A stretch of DNA of 64,000 nt from an uncultured Thermoleophilia bacterium (lineage in GTDB: Bacteria; Actinomycetota; Thermoleophilia; UBA2241), in contig CAVPCT010000004.1 in assembly GCA_963702475.1 (NCBI GenBank), positions 64,001-128,000 of the forward strand, in the 5' to 3' direction. A program made the position numbers and the translations under genes. Below the pieces are notes generated by a model. That model saw nothing but the letters and a program-made list of their open reading frames with translations. It ran no database searches and was not told the DNA's origin. Below, piece after piece: positions 1 to 10,450 of this stretch; position 1 is the stretch's first letter, and each line of letters starts with the position of its first letter.

Positions 1-440
1 TCCACGACCTTCTCGAGCTCGTCCTCGTGGTCCACCTGGATCATGACGCCGGTGTCGATCGCGGCGCGCAGGGCATCCTCAGCCTTGTTGGCGCCGTTGA
101 GCACGATCTTCTTCGGGTCGGAGCCGGCCATCATCGCCACCGTCAACTCACCCAGACCGAACGCGTCTCCGCCGGCACCCTCCTTGACGACGACCCGGCG
201 CACGGCCAAGCCCCACTGGGCCTTCATGCCGACACACACGATCATCTCGTTGGGATAGTGGTCGGCGAACGCCTTCTGCATCCGCCGAACCCTGCTCCGG
301 ATGGTGTTCTCGGAGATGACGAAGAGTGGGGTGCCGTACTGTTCTGCGAGGTCGACGACAGGGAACCCCTCGACCTCGAGCAGTTCGTCCTGGTTGACCC
401 TGAGATACGGCCCGAGATCGGTCCACACGCTCGTTTCCAA
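1..440 (-). CDS. PLP-dependent fold III decarboxylase (diaminopimelate decarboxylase/LysA-like), 3'-partial
   Basis: Manual translation from TTG at 440 (GGAGG RBS): METSVWTDLG...DLAEQYGTPLFVISE...VGMKAQWGLAV (PLP Lys region)...GELTVAM...KKIVLNGANK. Runs off the window edge and is not in the ORF track. Confidence 0.8.
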   Translation of the reverse strand, partial: METSVWTDLGPYLRVNQDELLEVEGFPVVDLAEQYGTPLFVISENTIRSRVRRMQKAFADHYPNEMIVCVGMKAQWGLAVRRVVVKEGAGGDAFGLGELTVAMMAGSDPKKIVLNGANKAEDALRAAIDTGVMIQVDHEDELEKVV

Positions 441-507
441 CGCTCTCGCCTCCTTCCAATCGCCGAAGCCGGCGCAACCAGGGCCGGTCGGCACGATCCC
501 TCGCCGG

Positions 508-1173
508 TCAAGCGGCGTTTTCGGCCCTCTTCTCCGCGACAAGCTGCGCCGCGAGTGCGACGCCCTCTTCGGCCGTGCCGGCGTACCCGTCCGCACCGAT
601 CTGCACGGCCCATTCCTGGGACACCGGCCCGCCGCCTACCATGACGATGTAGCGCTCTCGGACGCCCAGCTCCGAGAGGATCTCCACGACCTCCTTCTGG
701 CTCGGCATCGTCGTCGTGAGGAGCGCCGACATGCCGATCAGGTCGGCGCCCACTGCTTCTGCTGCATCGAGATAGGCCCCGGCGGACACGTCCGCCCCGA
801 GGTCGTGGACCTCGAAGCCGCGGACCTTGAGCAACATGGCGAAGATGTCCTTGCCGATGGTGTGCACGTCCCCGGCCACGGTGCCCACGACGGCGACCCC
901 TGCGCGCTTCAGGCCTCCGCCCGCCTTCTCGATCTCCGGCTCCAGCACCTGCATGACGGCGTTGAAGGTGTCGGCGGCGGCGATGAGTTCGGGCAGGAAG
1001 CACTCGCCCCTCTGGAACCTGTCCCCGATGGCGGCCATCCCGGCGGACAGACCGTTCTCGACCGCATCCAGCGCGTCGTGGCCCTGAGCCACGACCTGTC
1101 GGGCGACGTCGACGGCGCGCTGCCCGTCCGCCTCGATGATCGCGAGTTTGAGATCCGCGTTGAGTTGGTCCAT
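508..1173 (-). CDS. Methyltransferase cognate corrinoid protein (MtmC/MttC-like)
   Basis: B12 cap domain (GLSAGMAAIGDRFQRGECFLPELI) plus DVHTIG (DxHxxG), SALLTTT and GG motifs; 221 aa. Confidence 0.95.
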   Translation of the reverse strand: MDQLNADLKLAIIEADGQRAVDVARQVVAQGHDALDAVENGLSAGMAAIGDRFQRGECFLPELIAAADTFNAVMQVLEPEIEKAGGGLKRAGVAVVGTVAGDVHTIGKDIFAMLLKVRGFEVHDLGADVSAGAYLDAAEAVGADLIGMSALLTTTMPSQKEVVEILSELGVRERYIVMVGGGPVSQEWAVQIGADGYAGTAEEGVALAAQLVAEKRAENAA

Positions 1174-1300
1174 CTTCCTTCCTCTCAGGTGTCGGGCGCG
1201 GGTGCCGGCTCGGCGTCGGATCGGACGGCGACCAGGTGCGACTCGTCCCGCCCGCAGCCGGCACCCCTGGCCCGCACGACTCCGGGCTGTCGCTGCGTGA

Positions 1301-2674
1301 TCAGACCAGTCGGACTCCCACCTCAGCCAGCTCCCGTGAGACGGACTCGCGGAGACTGACGTACTCCGGGCTGGGCTGCTTGCGATGGATGTCCCAGCAC
1401 TCCTCGTATTTCTGGCCGATCGACGCGGTGGCCAGCGTGCCCTCGTAGCGGTCGAGCAGGCGCCGGACCACGTCGTTGGCCTCTTTGCGCGTCATCCCCA
1501 CCGCCCCGTGGGCCACGTCGCCTGAGAAACGGGGCTCGCTGGGCGTGAAGTGATCGACCTGGGTGCCCTTGGCGCTGCCCGTGGCGGTGACGTGGCCACC
1601 GGAGACGACCGTCGCCATCACGTCGGCAGCGTTCTCGTAGAAGAACATCTCCGTCATGGGACCGTGAGCGGTGTAGTGGTCGACGAAGACGGGGAAGTGG
1701 CTGTTGCGGGTCATGGCCTGCACGCTCACCGACTTGGCCCAGATGGTCTCTCGCGTGCTGGTGCACCCGAGGTTGAAGTGCGTGGGGAAGGTGAGGAGGG
1801 CGTCCGCCTGCAGTGCGATGATGCCGCTGAGGAGATAGGCGGCGTTCGCCACGGCGACGCCCTCCGGCCCGCCGCAGTAGCCGCCGAGGATGGGGGCGCA
1901 CTCCGCGACGAGTCCTCCTCCCGTGCCGATGACCCAGGCCGCCTCGTTCAGCCGCTCATAGCCGAGCTTGAACTCGGCGGTGTGCCCAACGACCCAGGTG
2001 TCGCGGGTCGTCAGGCCGAAGGAGCTGCCGGCGATCTTGGCGACGTCGGACCCGGCGGTCGCGATCGAGTTCATGATGGGCAGCCCGGAGCGGTTGCCGC
2101 GGCGCAGGGCGTCCTTGCCGAGGCCGGTGACCCGCATGGCTGCGATCACCTCGAGTGGAGTCCCGGTGCGGACAGCGCGTCCATTGAAGCTCGCCAGACT
2201 CGGAGCGGTGATCGAGTCGGCCAGCGGCAGATACAGGGCGTAGGCCTCCATGATGCTCGAGTAGAGCTCCTCAGTAGAGACCGGCGCCCCGAGAGCGCCC
2301 AGCCAGCACCACGGCCGGGTGTCCGAGTCCGGCTGCCGCGGCACGAGGGTGCGCTGCTCCTTGCCCTCGCCGAGGACGATCCGGGCCGGGGCATGGTCGA
2401 GCGCGTCCCTGAGCTCGTCGTCCGTGAACCTCATGATGCGCTGCGAATCCGGGCAGTACAGGCCCACGTCCCGGAACAGCTCGAAGCCCGCTTCGAACAC
2501 GCGATCGGCAAGATCGTCATCGTGCGGCACAGGAGTGGAGGGATCGTACCCGATGTCGTGCTCCGCCACGACTTCCTTGAGCTTCGGGACCAGGACCTTC
2601 ATGAAGAAGTCCATCTCTTTGCAGTACCGGCCGGTCATGGCGCGGTCGATGACCTCCAGATAGCTGATCATCAT
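1301..2674 (-). CDS. mtmB: Monomethylamine methyltransferase MtmB family protein, non-pyrrolysine
   Basis: 457 aa from ATG 2674 with RBS. MtmB-like segments VPHDDDLADRVFEAG, PILGGYCGGPEG, TSTRET, GPMTEM, SAKG. No in-frame UAG. Confidence 0.9.
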   Translation of the reverse strand: MMISYLEVIDRAMTGRYCKEMDFFMKVLVPKLKEVVAEHDIGYDPSTPVPHDDDLADRVFEAGFELFRDVGLYCPDSQRIMRFTDDELRDALDHAPARIVLGEGKEQRTLVPRQPDSDTRPWCWLGALGAPVSTEELYSSIMEAYALYLPLADSITAPSLASFNGRAVRTGTPLEVIAAMRVTGLGKDALRRGNRSGLPIMNSIATAGSDVAKIAGSSFGLTTRDTWVVGHTAEFKLGYERLNEAAWVIGTGGGLVAECAPILGGYCGGPEGVAVANAAYLLSGIIALQADALLTFPTHFNLGCTSTRETIWAKSVSVQAMTRNSHFPVFVDHYTAHGPMTEMFFYENAADVMATVVSGGHVTATGSAKGTQVDHFTPSEPRFSGDVAHGAVGMTRKEANDVVRRLLDRYEGTLATASIGQKYEECWDIHRKQPSPEYVSLRESVSRELAEVGVRLV

Positions 2675-2819
2675 GCCCCTCTCTCCTGGTCGGTCCTGGT
2701 CGCAGAGTGAACGTCTGTTCTCCCGAGGCCGGAGTGCTGAAGCTCCGGTCGCCTGGCCGCTACCCTGCTGGCTCCGTGCCATCGCAGCCTGCGTCTTCAG
2801 GGCCACCTTGGCGCCAGCG

Positions 2820-2848
2820 ATGCTATACACCAAACGGATGGTGGTCAA
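2820..2848 (-). promoter_or_regulatory. Sigma70-type promoter for the mtmB operon overlapped by a putative TetR operator
   Basis: Minus strand TTGACC-N17-TAGCAT. The spacer contains the imperfect palindrome CACCA-N6-TGGTG (2828-2843), and a TetR gene is divergent. Confidence 0.65.
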
Positions 2849-3034
2849 GTGGGCGGGCCGGCAATTCCGCGCGGCGACCCCCGCGTCGTTCCGGCCGGGC
2901 CGCCCTCCCTCTGGGCGCTCTGAGGCGGGGAGCCTTGCTCGAGTGGCGACGGGGTTGGTACGCTGGCCAGGTCGTAGCCGGGTCCAACGTGCCGCTTGCA
3001 CGCCCGGGATCGCTCACGGAGGCAAGGAGGAGTT

Positions 3035-3670
3035 TTGGCAGTCGAGACACCGCCGGTGGATCCACTGGAGGACCTGCCGCCTACTGCCAGGCGAATCGTC
3101 GAGACGACCCGGCGCCTTCTGATCGAAAAAGGCTACGGCTACCTCAGCATCGAGAACATCGCCAACGAGTGCGAACTCAACAAGACGGCGATCCGCTACT
3201 ACTTCCGGAACAAGGCCGGGCTCATGGAGCTGGTCGTCGACGCCTGGATCTACGACAACATCCGGCATCTCGAATCCTTGTTCGCGATCCCTTCCGAACC
3301 TCTCCTGGGCAACGCTGACAGCGTGCACGCGTTCATGCTGGCCAAGCTGGAGATGATCAAGGACACGGAGACCTACCTGGCGTTTTTCGAACTCCTTCCG
3401 GCATCGCTACGGGATCGGCGGAACAGCGGCCGCATCGAGGATCTGTACGAATGGTCGGCGGAAGCCTATGTGCAGTTGTTCGCCTCGAGCCTTCCCGGCA
3501 TGGATGCGGCACAGATCAGGACCTTCTCCCGACTCCTCTTCGCGGTGGTCGACGGACTGGGTGCGCAGCTCGTGATCTCCTCGGAACGCTTTCCCCCGGA
3601 CCCGCCTCTCGACCTCTTCTCGGAGATCCTCATGGCGTGGGTGCGGTCTCGGCACACACAGAGCGCCTGA
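3035..3670 (+). CDS. TetR/AcrR family transcriptional regulator
   Basis: N-terminal HTH RRIVETTRRLLIEKGYGYLSIENIANECELNKTAIRYYFRNKAGL; TTG start after AAGGAGG. Confidence 0.92.
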   Translation: MAVETPPVDPLEDLPPTARRIVETTRRLLIEKGYGYLSIENIANECELNKTAIRYYFRNKAGLMELVVDAWIYDNIRHLESLFAIPSEPLLGNADSVHAFMLAKLEMIKDTETYLAFFELLPASLRDRRNSGRIEDLYEWSAEAYVQLFASSLPGMDAAQIRTFSRLLFAVVDGLGAQLVISSERFPPDPPLDLFSEILMAWVRSRHTQSA

Positions 3671-3734
3671 TACGCGGGAGGGCTGCAGGGGACCCCGAAA
3701 CGAGTCCCTCCAGACCTGAACGCCGGGCGTCCAT

Positions 3735-3923
3735 GTGCAGGTCATGGTGCTTCCCTCGAGCACCTGCAACTCGGTCCACTGGGAGAACCCGCAGTTCGTC
3801 GACATCTTCGGCAAGTACATGTCGACGACAGACGAGGCCGCACGACTCCAACTGGCGACCCAGTTGTCGCAGATCCAACAGGATGACACTCCGATGATCG
3901 TCGCGTTCGTCGCCCAGTCCTGA
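3735..3923 (+). pseudogene. C-terminal remnant of an ABC peptide substrate-binding protein
   Basis: NSVHWENPQF...DEAARLQLATQLSQIQQDDTPMIV resembles the C-terminus of the binding protein at 54934-56538 (NYSRWNNAEF...DEAERADLYKQAQALIQEEVPIM). No N-terminal part is present. Confidence 0.7.
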
Positions 3924-4225
3924 CTCCTGCTGAAGTGACCGCCCGACCGGCGGAGGCAGGGGCGTAGAGAAGTGTGCCTCGCCCCGGACTCGGCCCCCAC
4001 GCCGGCGTCGTCGAGAACGCAGCTCACCGAGTCGAGGCGGGCGCGACGCACGCCCCTTCGTCCGCACGAGCAGTGGGACATCGAATCGGTGGGCAGCGCA
4101 ACGTAGAGAACAATCTTCGGAAGAATAGTCTCAGGACGAGTTGATATGCTGCACCTAGGTCGTCTTGAAGAACATCTGGAGTGCCTGATTGTGTCCAGCA
4201 ACTAACCACTCGTTCAACTCAGGAG

Positions 4226-4254
4226 TTGCCATCGGCGTTCGCGATGTGTATCGT
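4226..4254 (+). promoter_or_regulatory. Putative sigma70 promoter upstream of the first dpp operon
   Basis: TTGCCA-N17-TATCGT in an AT-richer intergenic stretch. Confidence 0.45.
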
Positions 4255-4538
4255 GTCGCCGAGCGTCGCAGCGGCAACCCACGGTGGGCGACCGCGAGGC
4301 CGGCGACGTCCGCGGAATCCTGGCGATGTGGCGGGCACAGGGGTCTTGAGATTCATGCAGCACAGGGAGAGCAGGACCGACCGATGACCAGCGAGCGCGA
4401 TGCCTGCAGAACCGTCGCTCTCGTCACCCGACGGTGCGTGCGAAGCATGAAGGCGCACGCCACACGGCACTCCCGCCGTGAGTCGCCGTGGGTCACCAGG
4501 CCGATCGTCACTGAGCTGAGGGGCTGAGGGAGTCCGGG

Positions 4539-5486
4539 ATGCTCCGTCTCATCGGTCGCCGGCTGCTGCTCATAGTACCGACGCTGATCCTCGCGTCGAT
4601 ACTGATCTTCGCACTCGCGGAGGTGCTGCCCGGCGACGTGGGACGCTCCATCCTGGGGCCCTACGCCACCCAGGAGCAGGTCGAGATCCTCAACGAGCAG
4701 CTCGGGGCCGACAAGCCGCTCTACGAGCGCTACCTCACGTGGGCCGGCAACTTCGTCACCGGCGACTGGGGCGAGTCGCTCCTCCTCAGGGTACCGGTCT
4801 TCCCCACGGTGATGAAGGCCCTCGGCAACTCGCTCGTGCTCGCCGCCTTCGCCCTCATCATCATCGTGCCGACGTCCATCCTGCTGGGCGTGTGGGCCGG
4901 GCTCAGGCGAGACAGCGTCCTCGACCGCACCATCACCATCTCGACGCTCTCGATGACGGTGATCCCCGAGTTCGTGAGCGGCGTCATCCTCCTCTACGTC
5001 TTCGCGGTGTGGCTCAAGTGGCTGCCGGTCACCGCCATGCCGCCCGACGGCTCGCCCTTCTACGAGCGCCTCTACTACCTCATCCTCCCGGCCATCCCGC
5101 TGATGTTCCTCGAGCTGGGCTACATCGCCAGGATGGCGCGCGTCGGCACCGTGCAGGTGCTCGCCATGCCCTACATCCGCACCGCCGTGCTCAAGGGCCT
5201 GCCGCGGCGCCGGGTCGTCACCGGGCACGTGCTGCGCAACGCCATGGTGCCGACCGTCACCGTCATCGGCAGCCAGGTCGGCTGGCTGATCGGCGGCCTC
5301 GTGGTCATCGAGACGCTCTTCGTCTACCCCGGCATCGGCAAGCTCATGGTCGACGCCGCGCAGACGCACGACCTGCCCATGCTGGAGGCCGCCGTGCTCA
5401 TGGTCGCCATCATCTACATGGTCTCCAACCTCATCGCCGACATCGTCGTTGCCCTGCTCAACCCGCGCATCAGGATGGGCGCCTGA
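4539..5486 (+). CDS. Dipeptide/oligopeptide ABC permease (DppB-like)
   Basis: LPGDV, GDWGES and EAA-like YIRTAVLKGL...HVLRNA, IETLFVYPGIG. Confidence 0.95.
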   Translation: MLRLIGRRLLLIVPTLILASILIFALAEVLPGDVGRSILGPYATQEQVEILNEQLGADKPLYERYLTWAGNFVTGDWGESLLLRVPVFPTVMKALGNSLVLAAFALIIIVPTSILLGVWAGLRRDSVLDRTITISTLSMTVIPEFVSGVILLYVFAVWLKWLPVTAMPPDGSPFYERLYYLILPAIPLMFLELGYIARMARVGTVQVLAMPYIRTAVLKGLPRRRVVTGHVLRNAMVPTVTVIGSQVGWLIGGLVVIETLFVYPGIGKLMVDAAQTHDLPMLEAAVLMVAIIYMVSNLIADIVVALLNPRIRMGA

Positions 5487-5487
5487 C

Positions 5488-6508
5488 ATGGCTGACGAGC
5501 GCCCCACACCCTTCGGCCCCGAGCCGGACCTCGAAGGCCGCACCGGCCAGTTCGGCGACGACCCCGAGATGCTCGAGCTGCGCGCCGAGGCGGCCGCGGC
5601 CGGCCGCGAGGCCGTCCTGCCCGGCACCGGCGCGCGCCAGGAGAAGGTGCTCGAAGCCGACGCCGCGGCGGCGGCCGAGCAGAAGCGCCAGCGCCGCTAC
5701 CTGGTCCGCGCGCTGCTGCGCAGCCCCACCTTCATGACCGGCCTCGTCATCGTGCTCTTCTGGGTGTTCATGGCGGCCTTCTCCACGCTCATCACGCAGG
5801 ACCCCTACGCCCAGGACGCGCTGAACTCGCTGAAAGCGCCCGAGCCCCTCGCACTGGTTCGGCACCGACGACCTCGGGCGCGACGTCTTCGCGCGCGCCA
5901 TGGCGGGCGCGCGCACGGTGCTCATCATCGCGCCCCTGGCGACCGTCCTCGCGCTTCTCTGGGGCGCCGTCATCGGCCTCATCGCCGGCTTCTGGCGCGG
6001 CCTTACCGACGAGGTCATCATGCGTCTCGTCGACGTGCTCCTGGCGCTGCCGATCATCATCACGAGCATCCTCATCCTCTCGCTGCTCGGCACCGGCACG
6101 GCCATCATCATCGTCACCATCGGCGCCCTCTTCACGCCGGTCGTCAGCCGCACCGTGCGCGCCGCCGTGATCGGCGAGCGCGAGCGCGAGTACGTCATGG
6201 CGGCGCGCCTGCGCGGCGAGCGCTCGGCCTTCGTCATGGCCCGCGAGATCCTCCCCAACATCACCCAGCCCATCGTCGTGGAGGGCACCGTGCGCCTGGG
6301 CTACGCGGTGTTCACCGCCGCCACCCTCTCCTTCCTCGGCTTCGGCCTCGCCCCACCCAGCCCCGACTGGGGCCTCACCATCGCCAACCAGCGCGTCTTC
6401 CTGCAGATCGCCCCGTGGACGGTGCTCTTCCCGGCGGCAGCGCTGGCCTCCCTGGTGGTGGCCGTCAACCTCATCACCGACGGTCTCGGAAGGGTGTGGA
6501 GCAAGTGA
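5488..6508 (+). CDS. Dipeptide/oligopeptide ABC permease (DppC-like), one apparent frameshift near 5840
   Basis: Removing one C in GCGCCCGAG restores KAPSPSHWFGTDDLGRD; EYVMAARLRGE, LSFLGFG, PDWG motifs. Confidence 0.9.
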
Positions 6509-8762
6509 GCGCTGAAGAGACCGTCCACAGCAACAGCGCCGCACCGCAAGAGGAGCCCGCCGCCCTCGACGTCCGCGACCTCGAGGTCACGTTCCACCGC
6601 CGCGGACGCGACCTGCCGGTGCTCAAGGGCGTGACCTTGCAGATCGCCCGCGGCGAGGCCTACGGCCTCGTCGGCGAGTCCGGCTGCGGCAAGACGACGC
6701 TGGCCATGGCGGCGATGCGTTACCTGGCCGCCAACGGCACCCTGGACAACGGCCGCGTGCTCGTCGACGGCAAGGACGTCAGCACGCTGGACGACGAGTC
6801 GCTGCGCAAGTGGCGCGGCGGCAAGGTCTCGATGGTCTACCAGGACCCGACGCCAGGCGCTGACCCCGGCGATGCGCATCGGCGACCAGCTCGCCGAGGT
6901 CTACCACTTCCACGAAGGCCTCGACAAGAACGCGGCGATCGAGAAGGCCCGCGAGAGCCTGCGGCGCGTGGCAATCCCCGATCCGGAAGCCACCCTGCGC
7001 CGGTACCCCTTCGAGCTCTCCGGCGGGCAGCAGCAGCGCGTGGTCATCGCCATGGCGCTCTCCGTGAACCCGCGCCTGCTCATCCTCGACGAGCCCACCA
7101 CCGGCCTCGACGCCACCGTCGAGGCCGAGATCCTCGACCTCATCGATGAGCTGCGCGGGCGCATCAACGCCGCCATCCTGCTGATCACGCACAACCTCGG
7201 GCTCGTGGCCCGGCTCTGCGAGCGCGTCGGCGTGCTCTACGCCGGGCGCCTCGTCGAGGAGGGCCCGGCCCGCGACATCTTCACCGACCCGCGCCACCCC
7301 TACACCATGGGCCTCTTCCGCTGCGTGCCGCGCTTCGGCATGAACAAGACCGACGCCGCCCTGCAGACCATCCCCGGCACCCTGCCGGCCCTCGGCGAGC
7401 CGCTCGCCGGCTGCGTCTACTCGGCCCGCTGCCCCATGGCCAAGGACGTCTGCGTGCGCCGCGAGCCCGACCTCTACGCCTACCCCGGCGAGGCGGCACG
7501 CAGGGCTGCGAGACGGCCCTGGCCATGGACCCGGACCCGGCCGCCTACTCGCCGCACCACGCGAACCCTGTGGGCGAGGGCGCGCGCCACACGCGCTGCT
7601 ACTTCCCCGCCGAAGTCGCCGAGATGCCGCAGATGGTCCCCGTGCTGGCCGCCAGCCTCGAGGAGCGCGGCGCCCGCGAGGCAGACGTGCTCAAGATCGA
7701 CGCCGTCGAGCGCACCTTCAAGGACGGGCGCAAGAGGCTCACCGCCGTGCACCAGGTCTCGCTGGCCCTGCAGAAGGGCGAGACCTTCGGCCTCGTCGGC
7801 GAGTCGGGTTCGGGCAAGACCACCTTGGCCAAGTGCGTCACCGGCCTCCTCGCCCCCGACGCAGGCACGATCGAGTTCGAGGGTGGTGCGCTGCGGCCCA
7901 CGGCGGCGAAGCGCTCGCAGGACGCCCTCAGGGCCATCCAGATGGTGTTCCAGAACCCGGACTCCACACTCAACCCGGCGTGGACGACGCGCGCCATCCT
8001 CACGCGCGCCGTGCGCAAGCTGGGCGGCGCGCGGAGCGGCTCCGTGCGCGCCAAGGTCGACAACCTCTCAGCCGGGGTGCGCGTCGAGCCGCGCTTCCTC
8101 TTCCAGAAGCCGATGGAGCTCTCCGGCGGGCAGAAGCAGCGCGTCGCCATCGCCCGCGCCTTCGCCGGCGACCCCACGCTCGTCGTTTGCGACGAGCCCG
8201 CCAGCGCCCTCGACGTCTCCGTGCAGGCCAGCATCCTCAACCTGCTCGTCGAGCTGCAGACGAAGGAGAAGGTCTCCTACGTGTTCATCAGCCACGACCT
8301 CGCAGTGGTGCAGGTACATCTCAGACCGCATCGGCGTGATGTACCTCGCCGAGCTCATCGAGGTCGGCTCCTCGGAAGAGGTCTTCAGCGCCCCACACCA
8401 CCCCTACACCGAGGCCCTGCTCAGCTCCATCCCCAAGCTGGACTTCGAGAGCCCCAGCCAGCGCATCCCGCTGCGCGGGACGATGCCGAGCCTGAGCGAC
8501 CCGCCGAGCGGGCTGCCGCTTCCATACCCGCTGCCACCGCTACCTCGGCGACATCTGCGCGACCCAGGAGCCGCCCGAGCAGGAGACCGGGGACGGCCAC
8601 ATCTACGCCTGCCACATCCCGCCGGACGAGCTCCTGCGGCTGCAGACCGAGACCATGGCGAGCGGCGAGGGCGCGAAGCGCGTCGCCGACATGCAGGCGC
8701 GTCAGGCCGAGGAGATGGCGGCCGGCGAGGCCGCCCTCAGCGAAGGGCCAAGCGCCGGCTGA
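6505..8762 (+). CDS. Fused double-NBD peptide ABC ATPase (DppD/F-like), apparent frameshifts near 6853, 7492, 8310 and 8510
   Basis: Two Walker A (GESGCGKT, GESGSGKT), two LSGGQ and two HPYT plus Cys-rich C-terminal motifs spread over frames; GTGA overlap with the permease. Confidence 0.88.
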
Positions 8763-9092
8763 AGGTGCGTTGCCGAGAACGGCCGCCCCTGCGGGTACCG
8801 TCCTGAGAACGGCCGCCGTCTCGCTCGCGGTCAGACGGAGGGCGTCGAGGTCTACCGACGGGTGCTCAAGTCGACTGAAATGGGACGCACCCCCCAAGGC
8901 GTACCGACAGGGTCCGGCGACAGCCGAGCTGCCGGCTTCCACCTTCGCCACGAGCCCAGTGTGGACAGACGTGGTCAGTTGCCGCCTCCTGCGATCCAAC
9001 AAACCCGGCACACACGCAACGGCGGGTGGTCGAGAAGACCTCACCCGCGGGCGGGCCTGGCTGGCCCCGAGACGAGCCGCGACCGCGGGCCG

Positions 9093-9980
9093 TCAGGCGG
9101 ACGGTGGATCCGCCGCGGAGGCGAACCCCAGGCGCCGCCAGACGTCGTCGGCCAGTCCTGCTGCGGCGCGGCACTTGTACCCGAGCGAGTAGCGGCCCGG
9201 GATCGAGCGGCACACGGCGGCCGCGCAGGCCTCGACGAACGCCATAGCGGTCGCCGCGTTCGTCCTGCGCCCGGCGAGCGCCTGCTCCACCAGAGGGTCG
9301 CGGAAGGCGGTCTCGCCGACCGCGCCCAGCGCGACGCGCACCTCCCCGAACGACTCGCCATCAGCAGCGACGTCGACGGCCACGGCGGCGCTGAGGCGCG
9401 CCACCGTCACCGCCGTGCGCGAGCCGATCTTGGCGAAGGCTGTGCGCCAGCGCTGTCCGAGCGCGCGGAAGACGAACGCGGCGATGACCTCGTCCGGGGC
9501 GAGCGAAGTGCGACCGGGTCCGGTGACGATCTCCGCGACCGGCCTGAGCGTGACGCCGCCGCGGCCGTCCCACAGCTCGGCGTCGGCGTCGAGAGCGAGC
9601 AAGGCCGGGATGCTGTCGCCGCACGGGGAAGCGTTCGCTACGTTGCCCCCGACCGTGGCGGCGTTCCTGATCTGCATCGAACCGACAGAGCCGGCAGCGT
9701 CGGCGAGGCACCGGGCATGCTGCAGGAGCACGGGGTCCTCCTGCAGCTGCGAGAACGTGCACGCGGCACCGACGCGCACCAGGCCATCGGCCAGCGCCAC
9801 GCCGCGCAGCTCGTCGACGCCGCCCAGGTCGACGAGCAGGTCCGGGCGCAGATGCTCTTTCGTCATCGCCCGGACCAGGTCGGTGCCGCCCGCGAGCAGG
9901 CGGCTCGCCGGGCCCATCTCGGCCAGCGCCGCGGTCAGCGCCGCGCGGTCGTGGGGAGCCAGGAGGCGCGTCTCGTTCAC
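9093..9980 (-). CDS. Xanthine dehydrogenase family FAD-binding subunit
   Basis: LAGGTDL, QIRNAATVGGN, ASPCGD motifs. Confidence 0.93.
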   Translation of the reverse strand: MNETRLLAPHDRAALTAALAEMGPASRLLAGGTDLVRAMTKEHLRPDLLVDLGGVDELRGVALADGLVRVGAACTFSQLQEDPVLLQHARCLADAAGSVGSMQIRNAATVGGNVANASPCGDSIPALLALDADAELWDGRGGVTLRPVAEIVTGPGRTSLAPDEVIAAFVFRALGQRWRTAFAKIGSRTAVTVARLSAAVAVDVAADGESFGEVRVALGAVGETAFRDPLVEQALAGRRTNAATAMAFVEACAAAVCRSIPGRYSLGYKCRAAAGLADDVWRRLGFASAADPPSA

Positions 9981-10450
9981 CGCGCCTCCCCCCCAATCTC
10001 ACTCGCCGCGCGGACCGCGGCCACGATGGCCTCATACCCGGTGCACCGACAGAGGTTGCCGGCAAGTGCGAGGCGTATCTTCGCCTCGTCCGGATGCGGG
10101 CTCCTCAGCAGCAGCGCCCTGGCCGCCATGAGCATGCCCGGCGTGCAGAATCCACACTGGATGGCGCCGTGGGCGATGAACTGCCGCTGGAGCTCGTCCA
10201 GCTCTCCGTCGTGTGCGAGCCCTTCCACAGTCAGCACACGCCGACCGCGCACCTGCGCAGCGAGCATCAGACAGGAGTCCACTGCCCGGTCGTCGACAAG
10301 CACCGTGCAGGCGCCGCACTCGCCCTCACCGCAGCCCTCCTTGGTCCCGGTGAGGCCGAGGTCGCGACGCAGCACGTCGATGAGGCGCGCCGCCGGGTCC
10401 ACCTCCAGCCGCCGGGAGAGCCCGTTGACCTCGAACTCGAGCAGCATCAC
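9977..10450 (-). CDS. Xanthine dehydrogenase family (2Fe-2S) subunit
   Basis: GTKEGCGEGECGAC, QCGFCTPG, NLCRCTGY. Confidence 0.96.
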   Translation of the reverse strand: MMLLEFEVNGLSRRLEVDPAARLIDVLRRDLGLTGTKEGCGEGECGACTVLVDDRAVDSCLMLAAQVRGRRVLTVEGLAHDGELDELQRQFIAHGAIQCGFCTPGMLMAARALLLRSPHPDEAKIRLALAGNLCRCTGYEAIVAAVRAASEIGGEAR

